From Vitrella brassicaformis CCMP3155 (lineage: Eukaryota; Protista; Chromerida): a DNA stretch of 64,000 bases. The DNA is taken from positions 1 through 64,000 of the forward strand of contig CDMY01000571.1 of the NCBI GenBank assembly GCA_001179505.1, written 5' to 3'. The translations under genes were made by a program, and so were the position numbers. Positions 52,547 to 64,000 of the stretch are shown one piece after another. The notes under the pieces were generated by a model. It worked only from the letters and a program-made list of their open reading frames with translations, was not told where the DNA came from and did not search any database. Each line of letters begins with the position of its first letter. The first letter of the stretch is position 1.

Positions 52547-54361
52547 GTGATGGCTGCCAGTGCGCCAACCCAGCTGCCTGATGGCTGGCTGCGGCTCGAT
52601 GACATCGACATCATACACAGTGAGGGCGGAACGGCATCGTCAGGAACCAGACAGCTGGCTGACGGCATCATTCGTCGGACCTTCACTCACCCACAGCAAG
52701 TGACGGATCTCATGGAAGAAAGATTCTCAAATCAATTCTTCGATCTCATGCGGCATCGTGCCGACCCGAATGCCGAGCTCTGCCTGTGTGTGCGGGGGGA
52801 CAGCGTCCATTATGGGCTGACGTATCGGCTGCTACAGCTCGCCATCGACAATTTCAGCGACAACGCCATCTCCACCGTCCACGTGAGGGACGGCAGCTAT
52901 AATTGGCATCCTGTGGCCTTGCCTCATTGGTCATCGCCGGAGCTCGAGACGGCCATCTTGAATGCCCTCATCGACGGCGGCGCCAACGTGGATGAGCCGA
53001 TCTCTACGGACGACCGGCCCATCAGGATGGCAGTCCGTGGGGGCAATGTGAGCGCTGTGGAGGTCTTGTTGGCGCGCGGTGCTGCGGTGCGCCGTCCCCA
53101 TAGCCCTACTTTCGTCATGGAGCTGCCCAGGCTCGTCACCGGCCGAGTCGGCATACAGGTGTCCCCGGGCTATGAGGAGCGGCTGCTGTCGATATATCGA
53201 CGGCTTCTCCAGCGTGACGGCACACTCGCCACCGAAGGAGACCAACGTGGCCTTCTGATCCACAGTGCAGCCAACAGCGAGCGAGGAAGCTACTCGCAGG
53301 AATTCATCGATTCATATCTCGACCTGCTGGTGGAAAACGGGGCCGACGTGACGGCGGTGGATTGGTCTGGATGGACGCCTCTGCACAATGCGGCACGTGC
53401 CGGCTCTTCCCGTGTGGCGGACTTCCTCGGCCGCCACGTGCCAGCAGCCGACATCAACAGAGGGACGACGGGCCACCCCAACACGACGCCCCTGAAAGAG
53501 GCTGCCTCACAGCTCGACGACGCGATTCGGCGTTCGCAGGACGCCAGCAATTCGCAGCACTTAAGAGACCGAGCCACCAGTGAGATCCCCCCTTATGAGG
53601 CCATCATCCGCAGCTTGCTGCGAAGCGGAGCGGACGTCAGCCGTATCCCCAGACCCAGAGCCCCCGTATGGCGGCTGCGGCGCCGTTGCCGCGAGCTGGT
53701 GCTGACCCGTTACACGACAATGCTCAACACCGACGTGCACACGGGGGCGATGGCGGCCGTGAATGCGGCCCTCGCCCCTCAGCGGTCGCTGGCGGCCTTC
53801 CTCATGAGGTCCCTCCCGACCCTCCTCCCCCACCTGCTACAGCCCCCGGGCACACCTGCGGCTGATCCGCCCCCCGCCCCCAATGGGTACGGCCCACACG
53901 AGGCAGAGGCCATCGGCTGGAAGATCGCCGCCATGTGCTTCGACTGGGATGCCGCTGTGACGACCATAAGCGGCAGCATCGGCCTCCGCAACAGTGCCCT
54001 CGCTCGTCGCATCACCGCAGCAGCGGAGCACTTCGTCAAGTCGGCTGTGTTCGAGGCGAGCAGCAACAGGGAGGTGGTGGGCGGGACGAGGCAGCAGCAG
54101 CAGCAGCAGGGCAACAAGCGCGTCAAGGTCATCGTGCCCCGGCTGCAGTGCTTCGCCGTCAACGGAGGGCAGCATGGCACACACAGGCGGCTGGGGCTCA
54201 GTGAGGTGGTCCACAGGGCGCGGCTGGACGAGGCGGCCCGACACGGCATGGAGGAGGGGGCCATCACTCATCTGGGCGCTGCCGACTGTGAGTTTGGTGG
54301 GTGGCAGCAGCTGGGCCGCATCGACGAGCGGGGGCAGTGGGTGACCCTCGGCATCAACTGA
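52547..54361 (+). CDS. Intronless ankyrin-repeat protein, 604 aa
   Basis: Continuous ORF with ankyrin repeats PIRMAVRGGNVSAVEVLLARGA, GADVTAVDWSGWTPLHNAARAG and NTTPLKEAA. Confidence 0.9.
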   Translation: MMAASAPTQLPDGWLRLDDIDIIHSEGGTASSGTRQLADGIIRRTFTHPQQVTDLMEERFSNQFFDLMRHRADPNAELCLCVRGDSVHYGLTYRLLQLAIDNFSDNAISTVHVRDGSYNWHPVALPHWSSPELETAILNALIDGGANVDEPISTDDRPIRMAVRGGNVSAVEVLLARGAAVRRPHSPTFVMELPRLVTGRVGIQVSPGYEERLLSIYRRLLQRDGTLATEGDQRGLLIHSAANSERGSYSQEFIDSYLDLLVENGADVTAVDWSGWTPLHNAARAGSSRVADFLGRHVPAADINRGTTGHPNTTPLKEAASQLDDAIRRSQDASNSQHLRDRATSEIPPYEAIIRSLLRSGADVSRIPRPRAPVWRLRRRCRELVLTRYTTMLNTDVHTGAMAAVNAALAPQRSLAAFLMRSLPTLLPHLLQPPGTPAADPPPAPNGYGPHEAEAIGWKIAAMCFDWDAAVTTISGSIGLRNSALARRITAAAEHFVKSAVFEASSNREVVGGTRQQQQQQGNKRVKVIVPRLQCFAVNGGQHGTHRRLGLSEVVHRARLDEAARHGMEEGAITHLGAADCEFGGWQQLGRIDERGQWVTLGIN

Positions 54362-55132
54362 GAGGGAGGGAGAGGGAGGGCTGTGGGCTGGCTGGGGGGC
54401 GTTTTACGCTGCCGAGCGGTCATTATGGACCAGAGAGGGACTGATGGAGGGAGTCATTTATGCGTGTGAGCGGATAGCTGAGGAAATTGATGACAGTTTG
54501 ACGTTTTCGTGCGGCAGTGTGATCGGATTCATTGCTGCGTGCCGATATTCAAGCGTTTCCCAGCGTCATTCTGGTGGTGAATAGTCCGTTTCTGATGGTG
54601 GAAGGCATCGTGCATTGCCCCACACGCATTCACGCATCTGATGGATACGTTACACACATGACTGAATGGATGGATGGACACGCCACACGGAGGAAGGAAC
54701 GGACAGACAGACAGATGGCTAAAAAACTCGGCAGCTGTCAATCGGTCGATATCCACCAAGCCCAAACAAAACACCAAAACAGACATTCAGACAGACAGAC
54801 AGACAGGCACTGACAGACACGGAGACAAAAACCCCTTCAGCCATCAGCCACGCTGCATATGCCATGATCATGTACTCGTGTGCGCTGTGCTGTGCTCTGC
54901 CGCAACACCACGCCCCACTTCATTTCTCAGTCGAAAACGGCACACATGGCAGGCACCAGCACGAAAAAGCCATGTGCAGGCAGGCAGACAGCCAGGCCCC
55001 ATCAACGATGCACTCACTGCACAGCACAGCACACCACTCGCACATCTGTCCGTCCGTGTGTCGTGTGTGTGGTTGAGGGGGAGGGTGTGGGTGGACCGTT
55101 GGCTGCTTCATCGGGTCATTGGGTCGGGCCGT

Positions 55133-55269
55133 TCAGGGTTCCGAGATGCCGAGTTTGGACCGGACGAACGTCTTGAGTTTGTCGAGGTCCTTGTTGAAGT
55201 TGCGGATGCCCTCGGCGAGCTTGTCGTTGGCCATGGCGTCCTCGTTCAACATCCAACTAACCACACACA

Positions 55270-55300
<31 letters not shown>

Positions 55301-56171
55301 AGGTATGTGTTGGGGAGAGAGAGGGAGGGGGGGGAGTGCATCTGCGGCTCACCGGAATGTCTTTTCGTCCATTTTGATCTTGGGGATGTCCTCATCGTCG
55401 ACCATGTCTTCGTAGAGCTTCTTCTCGAAGTGCCGCTTGGTGCTGTGCAGCTCCTCCAGCAACTTGGGGGAAATCGTCAGCTTGTCGCAGCCTGCTCACA
55501 CGACAGACACACAACGAGACACCCACGTGTTTGTGTGTGTGTGTGTGGATGGATGGATGGATGGACAACGCACAGGATACATACCGGCAAGGAAGATGAT
55601 CTCTTCGATGTTTCTGAAGGACGCGCCCATGACGATGGTCTTGTGGCCGTGCTTCTTGTAGTACTTGTATATCTTGGTCACGCTCTGCACACCGGGGTCC
55701 TCGTCGCCAGCGTACTCCGTCTTGTCCTTGTTGTTGGCCTTGTGCCACTTAAGCCATCCATCCATCCATCCATCCACACACACACAGAGAGAGAGAGAGA
55801 GATGCATCCGTCCACTGGACGCGTCTGTGTGCTCTCTGCCTCACGTCGAGGATGCGTCCGACGAAGGGCGAGATGAGTGTGGCTTTGGCCTCGGCGCACG
55901 CAACGGCCTGGCCGAAGCCGAAGAGCAGAGTCATGTTGCAGTGGATGCCCTCCTGCACGTACACACACACACACACAGACACAGAAGGAGAGAGAAGGAG
56001 AGAGAGAGAGAGAGAGAGAGCATTGTGCAACACACAAAAGGGTTGCCTTGGTAACCATGACTGACCGCTTCGAGTTTCTCGCACGCCTTGATGCCCTCCC
56101 ACGTCGAGGCCATCTTGATCAAAATGCGCTCCTTCTCAATGCCTTCCTCCTTGTACAGCTACACACATAGC

Positions 56172-56202
<31 letters not shown>

Positions 56203-56859
56203 GCTCACATCCGCGCTTCTCTCGCGATGGATCAGTGGAGAAAGGAGCGGACCTTGATGAAGTTCTTGGCCTTCTTGATGGAGGCGTCCTTGTCGAAGGA
56301 CAGGCAGGCGTCGACCTCTGTTGACACCAGGCCCGGCACTATCTTCAGGATCTCGCAGCCAAACTTGACCGACAGCCGGTCGCACACCTGCACTCACAGC
56401 ACAGCCACAATCACACGAGGGAGTGCAGTGCATCAGTCCACACCACAGTACCCACAGCACACGCAGAGGCTCTTGAATGACATTGTGTGGTTGCCCTTGG
56501 TTGCCCACCGACCTCGCTGACGAGGTCTTCGCCCTTCTTGTTGGTCTTCTTGGCGCCAGCCATGGCCGCGTCCAGCAAATGGGCGTACTCGGGCATCTGC
56601 GCGGCCTGAAACCACAAAAAAGGCCCAGACACAAGACGCATTCTCTTCTCTCTCTTTCCCTCTCGTTGCCGATGGCACCTACCTGGAACAGGAGGGTGGG
56701 GTTGGTGGTGGCGTCCTGTGGTTTGTATTTCTTGAGTTGGTTGAAGTCTCCCGTGTCGGCCACCACAATGGTCATCTGCTTGAGCCGCTCCAGCGCCGGC
56801 ATGTCCGCCCGCTTGGCGGGAGACCCTCCCTTGCTCGGAGAACCCGCGCGCTTCGACAT
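55133..56859 (-). CDS. TAL: Transaldolase (eukaryotic type), multi-exon
   Basis: Motifs [26 protein letters not shown] (catalytic Lys), [32 protein letters not shown] and KLAEGIRNF. Confidence 0.97.
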
Positions 56860-57096
56860 TGCTGCAGACTAACGGGATTAATGGGCTGGGCTGTGGCCGG
56901 GCAACACGAAGTCAGGGCGCTGTTGTGGGAGAGAGTCTGTGCCAAAACAACAAAGCTCGCAGAAAAGCTCGCAACAGTTTTATCGCCAAATGGGACGCTT
57001 ACCATCGCCAAAGTAGCTGGAGTATTCGCCGTCTCGCCAGCTTCATCATCGACGTGGTGACTGAGGTGTGGTGAGTTGAGTTGAGTAGCGCCGAGC

Positions 57097-58480
57097 ATGG
57101 GCAGCCTGCTGCAGCCCAAGACTCTTTTTAGCATCCTGACGGTCGTGGCGCTCGTGTGGAGCGTGCCCGAGACCGGCAGACTGATCAGACACATACGCGA
57201 GAGGGACAAGGGGCCGCCGCCACCGCGGCTGCCGGATGAGGACGCCACGTATCCGGAATACGGAGATCTGTGGTGGTGCTGCGGTGTGGCGGCGCTGCTC
57301 ATCGTCGTGAGGCTGGCCACCATCTACTTGCTCAAGCCGCTCGGCGAAAAACTGATACCAAAGGGGTGAGATGAGAGTGACTGAGGGCGGAGAAAGATCA
57401 CTCCGGGAAAGATGCTGCTACTCCCGTACCTGTGTGTCTGCTTAGGCGGTGGTCGGACCGTGTTCGTGATATGAAGGTCGAGCGGTTCGGCTCAGCTGCC
57501 TTCAAGACCACCTACTTCGTCTGCGTCGTGGCCTTCGGCTACCGAGCGGTTCGCCACACAGACTGGCTGCCGGCCTCTCTGGGCGGCAGCGGGGCCACCA
57601 TCCACTTCTGGAGCGCCGATTACGTGCCAGCCGCTGTCAAGTGGTACTACGTGGTCAACATGGGATACTACCTTCACTCGTTTGTCTACGACATGGCCAT
57701 GTCGCCGCGCCGCCCCGATTTCGCCGAGAACACGCTGCACCACATCGTGATCCTGCTGCTGATGGTGTTCTCCTTCCTCTACCGCTCGTGGGTGCGTGTG
57801 GGCAGCGCGGTGATGCTCCTGCATGACGCCTGCGACGTGCTCGTGTACCTCTGCCGCACTTTGGTCGACACACGGTTCACGCGCGTGACGTTTGGCTTCT
57901 TCCTGGCCCTGCTGGGGGCGTCGTTCTACCTGCGGCTGTATGTGTTCAAGTGGCACGTGCTCGACAGCATCATCTACGAGATGGCCGTCGAGAGGCGACA
58001 TGGCGACGGGGTGGCCTGGCTGGCCTACCTCCTCGCCACATTAGGCCTGCTACACGTATATTGGTTGGTACTCACACACACACAGGCAGACTCCTTTGGT
58101 GCTCACTGTCTGTGCATTCTCCCCCACTGTGTCCGTGCGTGTGTGTGTGTGGGCTCACCAGGTACACTCTGATGGTCAAGATGTTTTGCGTGTACGTGCA
58201 GTCGGGCGAGACCACCGACCTGCCCGCCAAGCTCACGGACGTGCAGCCCGTCTACAGTGAGGACGACCGCCCCCTGATGCCCCCTCCCAGCGACAACAGC
58301 AGCCTGGCCTTCCACCTGTCCGCCAACACCACCACCAAGAGGCGAGAGGCACCACCGCACGACAACAGCAGCAGCAGCAGCCAGGGGTTCTCGCGGATCA
58401 GCACGAACGAGGGCAGCAACGGCAATGGCGTCGTAGCAGCTGGAGCGGGACCAGGGGGCAATGACGACAAACACATGTGA
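57097..58480 (+). CDS. LAG1: TLC-domain ceramide synthase (LAG1/LAC1 family), 3 exons
   Basis: Lag1p motif RRPDFAENTLHHIVILLL...RVGSAVMLLHDACD and several transmembrane segments. Confidence 0.9.
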
Positions 58481-59194
58481 CAGTGGGATGGCGTATCTGT
58501 GTGGGCGGGGTGGTGGGTGGGGTGGTGGGTGTATAGGGGTACTTGGGTAGAAGTACGGTCTGTCAGACGCACAAGAGAGAGAGAGAGAGAGAGGAAAGGG
58601 GCGAGGGGGGCACATAGATACGCAACTAAAGTACCTCCGTCTGTCTGTATCAGTATGTCTCAATGCGGCTGACTGTTTTGCTGTGTGTTCGTTTCTGTCC
58701 CTGCTGCTGCTGCTGTTTCTGCGGTGTGTGATGTGGTATGGTGTATGTGTGATGAGACAGACAGACGGACGGGCTGCTTCTCCGTTTTGCTGATGGACTG
58801 ATGGAGAGCGCACGTGTGTGTAAATAAACCTATGCCGCCAAGTCTCTTCATTCAAAGTCTCATTCGCTCACCCATCAGTGTACCCATCAGCGTCCGTCGT
58901 GTGCGACCAGAAACTAACCACTAAATGCAGTCAATGGACCGTCACCCCTTCCACCCACACCCACATCCACACCCACACATACGAATCTGTCAACCAACTC
59001 AATAATAATTGAGAAATATGGGAAACGAGAAATACGCCGAGACCGAGAGAGACGCCACCTCAAACCTCAAACCTCGCTGTCTTGTCGACGTCTTTCCCCT
59101 CCACATGCGAATCGCGTGTGCCATCAGGTACGTATGGTGAATGGATGCATCAGCAAGGAGCCTGTCTGTCTGCCTGTCTGTCTGTCTGGCTCAT

Positions 59195-60880
59195 CTAGAT
59201 CATGACGACAGACGAGCTCTGGGGCGAGCCATGGGTCTCCGTGAGCGTCAGACAAACGGTGTCTGGTGGCCCTTGTGCGTGTGCGGCCCCTGCCCCTGCC
59301 AGCAATTGAAACACCTCCTCTACACCTGTAAGCACAACACACACACACTCATTCATGGACGTACGGATGAATCGATGGACGGACTGATGGATGCGCCCAC
59401 CGATCCCGTGGTGGTCGAGCTCAAGCCTCATGAGCGGCGTCAGGAGCCCGTTCATCACCTCCACACTCAGACCCTCCTCCCCTCCCTCCCTCTGGCCCAC
59501 CTGCACACACACACCCGACCACACACACCTGATGCGCCGGTCCACGCAAGGCAAGCAGACACAAACAACGTCCGTACCATCCGTCGCAGCTGCCCAACCA
59601 CCCGCCTCAGAGCCTGCTCACGCTCGCCGACAGCCTCAGGGGGCTTAGCGGCCACAGCGTTGTCAGCATCGCCGTCGCTGTCGTGTGAAGATGACGATTC
59701 TAGCACTGGTGGCATGGCTGGAGTGTGTGTCTTGAGTGGGACGCAGTAGTGGTACTGGATCTTGTAGGCGGGCTCGTTGTTGTGGAGGGTGTCGGGGGGC
59801 GAGCATGGGACGGACAGCAGCCGCTTGACGAAAAAACGAGGGTGGCTGTCCAGGAACTGACCCACGTCTGCACGAACGAACGACACCGCACGCACCACAC
59901 AGCGCCGCACAGAGTGAGGTGGCAGGCAGGCAGGCAGGAGACCGACGGACCTACCTACCTTGGTGTAGACTCTTGAGGGTTTCAGACAGGGCGGGGGAGC
60001 TGCTCACAATGCCTTCAAGCTGCGGAAGAGTGAAGCCTGCACGCACACACACACACACACGCTCTTCCACACACAAACATCCTGGTGGACGGATGGACGG
60101 CCTGCCTCACCCTGCCGCGACGCTCCGACGAGGAACAGCAAGTGTGACAGCAGAGCGGCTTCCAGCTCTTGAGGGTCCTCATCGGCAGCAGTGCCCTCCT
60201 CTAGGAGTTCCGTTTCGCGTGGGACCACCGCCCGGCCACCGTGCAGCAGCGCCTGTCCGAACTGATGCGGCGACGTCTGCGGGGTGCCATTACCTGCACA
60301 CACACCCGGGCACACCACACACGTGTGTGGCAACAAGGCAGTGTGTGTACTTACTTCTGGCTCCTTTCTTCCTCTGGTCGGCCACCAGCCTCCTCAAGTC
60401 GTTGACGTTGGCCAGCTGCAGATGCTCTACATCCTCAGCGCCATGCACCAGCCCCATCATGCCGTCCACGCCATGCTCGTCGACATGGTCATGGTCATGG
60501 TCATGCTCGTCGCCCACCACATCCAGCAGCCGATACGCCTGTCGGCCGTCGCCGCGCCGATTCCTCCCATGCGAAGAGGAGACCATCATCGACCTGTGCG
60601 CACCACCAGGTGCACTGTCGTCCTTCTTGCGCAGGAATGGCAGGCAGGGAGCGCACAGGCATCTGCAGAAAGCCAGCGCCATGAGGCGGGAACGGCAGGA
60701 GGCGCCACGAGGAGGGCTCCGCGGTCGACCTCTGCTCAGCGGTCGTCTGCTCTTGAGGGTGGTGTCTGACTCATCGCGTGAAGGGGCGGCAGTGTGGTTG
60801 TTTTGGCTCGGTCGGCCGACGAGTGCTGAAGCATGAACAAGATCTCTTGGTTGACGAGTGCTCTTGACACTGAGATGCAT
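59195..60880 (-). CDS. Hypothetical multi-exon protein with a possible winged-helix (LOTUS/Egal-like) segment
   Basis: In-phase junctions join about 6 exons. It contains FTLPQLEGIV...DVGQFLDSHPRFFV, an HD-repeat tract and a Cys cluster. The start could be 60880 or 60682. Confidence 0.55.
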
Positions 60881-61174
60881 CACGCCTCCTCTTCCCCCTC
60901 CCATTCGAGCGAGGGCGGTTTCACATAATGTCCTAAGATCTGCGAGCTAAGCTTGGGAGAAGAGGGAGAGCTGTCTGTCTCCAACGTCCTTCGCCGCATC
61001 TCCAGGCCCGGAGGCTCCAGAAGGCAGACAAAATCTACAGATTAGCCGGCTGCAGGCGGCGCTTCAAGGCAGGATGGTCTCAGCGCGGCTTGCTGCGGAG
61101 AAGAAGCACCATGTGCGTGGCGACGCACAAGAGGGGCATAAACGCGGTATGCGATGGACGCCTGAAAAGATGAC

Positions 61175-62767
61175 ATGTGCAATTCCCGCGGCAGTGCCAT
61201 GCGCTTATTTGTGTGTCCAGCAGCGATGAGCCATCGTCGTTGTGAAGGTGTAGATCTGCCTGTAACAGTCCCTGCCATCGATGGAGATGCGCTCTCCCAG
61301 TCGGTCGACTCGCTTTCATCTGATTCCGACTCCCCGACGGCGAAAGTCGGCACAACTTCAGGCGTCAGGTGGGGCTTGATGGTGCTTGAACTGCGGCCTG
61401 GCTGGCACGTGCAGCTGGTGGACTATCCGGCGGAGCACTTCTTGTGGATATTTGGGCTCGTGGCTGTCATCTCAGCTTACTTTCTTGGCAGTTTATTCGG
61501 CCTGATGCCCTCTAACTTTCCCTGGAGCGCATTTGGGTGGTCTTCGGTGTGGGTGTGGTACCTGCTCTTCACCCTGCCCCCGTGTCTGGTGACGCTCATG
61601 GGCCTGCTCACCCTCTGTGTGCCGTCTAACGCCTGGCTGATGCGCATCCTCAAGAACTGCATCCTCACAGGCAGCTTCCTATTGTGGTACCTCCTCTACC
61701 TGAGCTGTCGGCAGGTCGATACGCTTTATGAAGACTGCATTCCGGCGCGCAGAGACGACGACCTGTGCGAGAAGCTCGAGCAGTGGCCTGGCCTGCCGGG
61801 ATGGCAGAGCGTCCTGGTGTGCCTGTGGTTGCTCGGAGCGTCGTGGCTGAATGTCCTACTGAACACAGTACTGAATCAACCGCGAGTGGTCTCTGAGGAT
61901 GGCTGGAGGACCCCTTCATCGTTCTGTGGCTTGCCGGTCCATGTGCACCGCACTGCACGCGCAGAGAGCATCGGCACAGAGCGGTTGGAGCAGAACGGTT
62001 TCTACACCTATCTGGTGAAGAAACGCCTGTGGCCTGATTGTTGGGACTATCTCTGGTTTGTGCGGCATCTGAAGGTGGTTATTCTGACGTGCGGCGCGAT
62101 GGATTTTTTCTCTGACTGGCTGGTGGCCTTCGATCTCATGTTCGTCCCCCAGGAAGACCCAGAGTGGCGGTCGTCTTTCGCAGTGGCGCACATATGGAAG
62201 CCGCGGCCCACTTTTGCTGTGGGATTGAGCATCATGGTCTTGTCGATCTGCGATCTCATCTTCATCAACATACACGACAGTGTCGGGGAGCTCTCTCTGA
62301 GGCAGCGGGTCTTCGTCCTGGCGATCACGGCTGGGGAGGCAGTCATCTTCGTCTTGACGGTCATCTTTGCCCAAGACAAGAGCATGTGGGTCTATGTCGT
62401 CTCTGCCCTCATAACCCTCGCGACGGTGCTGATTCGGATCGTCAATTTCACTATCGACTTCCCTCGGCTGACGCAGAAAGGTAAACCATCAGTCGGCAAG
62501 AGGGAGGGGGTGACTCGCATCATCTGTTCTTGGCGTGCATGTCTTCCAGGCCGAAGCAGCCCGCGTGGCGCGCCATCACCTCGTTGCGCATTCTCGTGGC
62601 CAAGGCTGGTGCGCAGGCAGCCGAAGCGCCATCCGTCCCTTGCCACCATGCCCACCACGTCGACGCGGTGCTCAGAAACCGATCTCTCAGCAGGCGACAG
62701 AGAGAAGGGGGCCGAGGGGAGACGTCAGGATGGTCATGATGGGGAAGCGGGTGGGGGCATTGGTTAG
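61175..62767 (+). CDS. Multi-pass membrane protein of unknown function, up to 530 aa
   Basis: Long ORF with many hydrophobic segments. A possible in-frame 69-nt intron lies at 62481-62549. Confidence 0.75.
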   Translation: MCNSRGSAMRLFVCPAAMSHRRCEGVDLPVTVPAIDGDALSQSVDSLSSDSDSPTAKVGTTSGVRWGLMVLELRPGWHVQLVDYPAEHFLWIFGLVAVISAYFLGSLFGLMPSNFPWSAFGWSSVWVWYLLFTLPPCLVTLMGLLTLCVPSNAWLMRILKNCILTGSFLLWYLLYLSCRQVDTLYEDCIPARRDDDLCEKLEQWPGLPGWQSVLVCLWLLGASWLNVLLNTVLNQPRVVSEDGWRTPSSFCGLPVHVHRTARAESIGTERLEQNGFYTYLVKKRLWPDCWDYLWFVRHLKVVILTCGAMDFFSDWLVAFDLMFVPQEDPEWRSSFAVAHIWKPRPTFAVGLSIMVLSICDLIFINIHDSVGELSLRQRVFVLAITAGEAVIFVLTVIFAQDKSMWVYVVSALITLATVLIRIVNFTIDFPRLTQKGKPSVGKREGVTRIICSWRACLPGRSSPRGAPSPRCAFSWPRLVRRQPKRHPSLATMPTTSTRCSETDLSAGDREKGAEGRRQDGHDGEAGGGIG

Positions 62768-63327
62768 GTCAGTTAGTTATCGTCCTTAGCGGCTCGGTTC
62801 GTAGCGGTAGCAATCAGCTTACGTACGAATAAGCGTGGCTTGAGAGCATTTGTCTGTCTGTCTGTCTGGTCCTTTCGGCTGCATTGCATCGTCCTTTGGT
62901 TGTCTTGTCGTGTGGTGAGGCAGAGGCAGAGAGGCTGCCTGGTAGCGTATGGGTGCATGTCAGTCAGTGTTGCTGGCAGTTTTGGGTGGGTTTTATGTGT
63001 CGGTAGCGTAGCTGTGTAGTCGTAGGATGCTCAGCTCATTTCGATCTGAACATGACTCGATCCAGGTGTGCATTCGGCAGCACGGTAGGGCCTAAACGAT
63101 ATGGTCTTCATGACGCGGAAGGTGTCACCCGTTTACTCAATCGTGCATCCACAAGCAATCGTCTACTTTGTCTGTCTGCATCTCGCACACACGGTAGCTA
63201 AGCGACGTCCGTTAGCAGTGAGTGAGTCAGCTCCCATATGCACATCCACACATAAGTAAGGCACCATGCGCCATCTCTTGTCTCTCGCTCTTTCTGCCCT
63301 TGTCTATCCATCCATCCATCCACCCTA

Positions 63328-64000
63328 TCATCTGGGAATCTTGCCCTCGACGGCCTTGAGTGCCTTGCCCGTCAGCCCCAGGTGCGCCTTGATGGCGCCA
63401 ATCAGGTCGCCCACAAACCCACACAAAGGCCCGTAGATCAGCGACAAGGGCGACAGCGTCTGGTAGAGGTACACCACATCGAAGGCATAGCGCTCGGGCG
63501 GCGACGGCAGGTTTGGCACTGCTGAAGGGGGCTGGGGGGACTGTGCCTGCTGCTGCTGCTGCTGCTGTGTGCCGCTGGGAGAGGGGAGGGGGGACGGCTG
63601 TTGGCCACTGAGGTGGCGATCAAAGCGCTCTGAAATGTCATGGAATGAGCGGGCGAAGATCTTCTTGGTGTGCTCCGGATCGAGCACCTTGACCAACACC
63701 TGCACCGTCCATCCACCCACCCATCCACAGGTGTGTCAACTTGTCTGTCTCTGTGTCTGTCCCACCTTGTAGAGCGCATTGACGTCCTTTGCGAAGGCCG
63801 CGACGGCCTCGTGTGGCGGCATCACCTTGCCCTCATCGGACGCGGTGATGTCGCCCGGCTCCCCTCCCTCTCCCTCCCGATCAGCCTCACTCTCGCTCTC
63901 TTCGTCGTCGTCTTCGCTCTCATCCCGATCGCTGTCCCGCGCGTGCGGCCATGAGAACCACTTCTGGGCATGGAAAGTGTACCTCTCAGTGAGGATGTCG
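63328..64000 (-). CDS. 3' end of a VPS54-like (GARP subunit) gene; continues beyond the window
   Basis: FAKDVNALYK|VLVKVLDPEHTKKIFARSF...RYAFDVVYLYQTL resembles the Vps54 C-terminal helical domain. Confidence 0.55.

Noticed and set aside
10096-58480. A lipid-trafficking gene cluster (Chorein-N, START, ceramide synthase)
   Set aside because: The genes are separated by unrelated housekeeping genes, so co-location is compatible with chance.
1-64000. CRISPR arrays, rRNA or tRNA genes
   Set aside because: No repeat-spacer arrays or recognisable structural RNA genes were seen by eye. A covariance-model search (Infernal, tRNAscan-SE) was not possible.

Overview
GC-rich, intron-dense eukaryotic DNA. 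Short GT-AG introns are packed with (CA)n, (GTCT)n, (GGAT)n and (GA)n microsatellites. Gene style and plastid-type bipartite leaders point to a chromerid alveolate such as Vitrella brassicaformis (inference). I rebuilt gene models by hand by checking splice phase across exons. In order, the window holds: a two-exon 80-aa secreted Cys-rich peptide; TerC; an Omp85/BamA-family protein; a gene of about 13 kb whose exons join Chorein-N (VPS13-like), ankyrin repeats and a degenerate Roc-COR-like GTPase; a long coiled-coil protein with a Trp-heptad segment; NFX1-type zinc finger/R3H; a START-domain protein; Fes1/HspBP1; CFAP418; a Tim44-like protein; a gapped, partly triplicated, truncated Helitron whose OTU protease exon splices into Rep; a truncated hypothetical gene; an intronless ankyrin gene; transaldolase; a TLC ceramide synthase; two uncharacterised genes; and the 3' end of a VPS54-like gene. 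Four 300-N scaffold gaps limit certainty between 37 and 51 kb. The strongest novelty candidates are the Chorein-N/ANK/Roc fusion and the spliced OTU-Rep Helitron.
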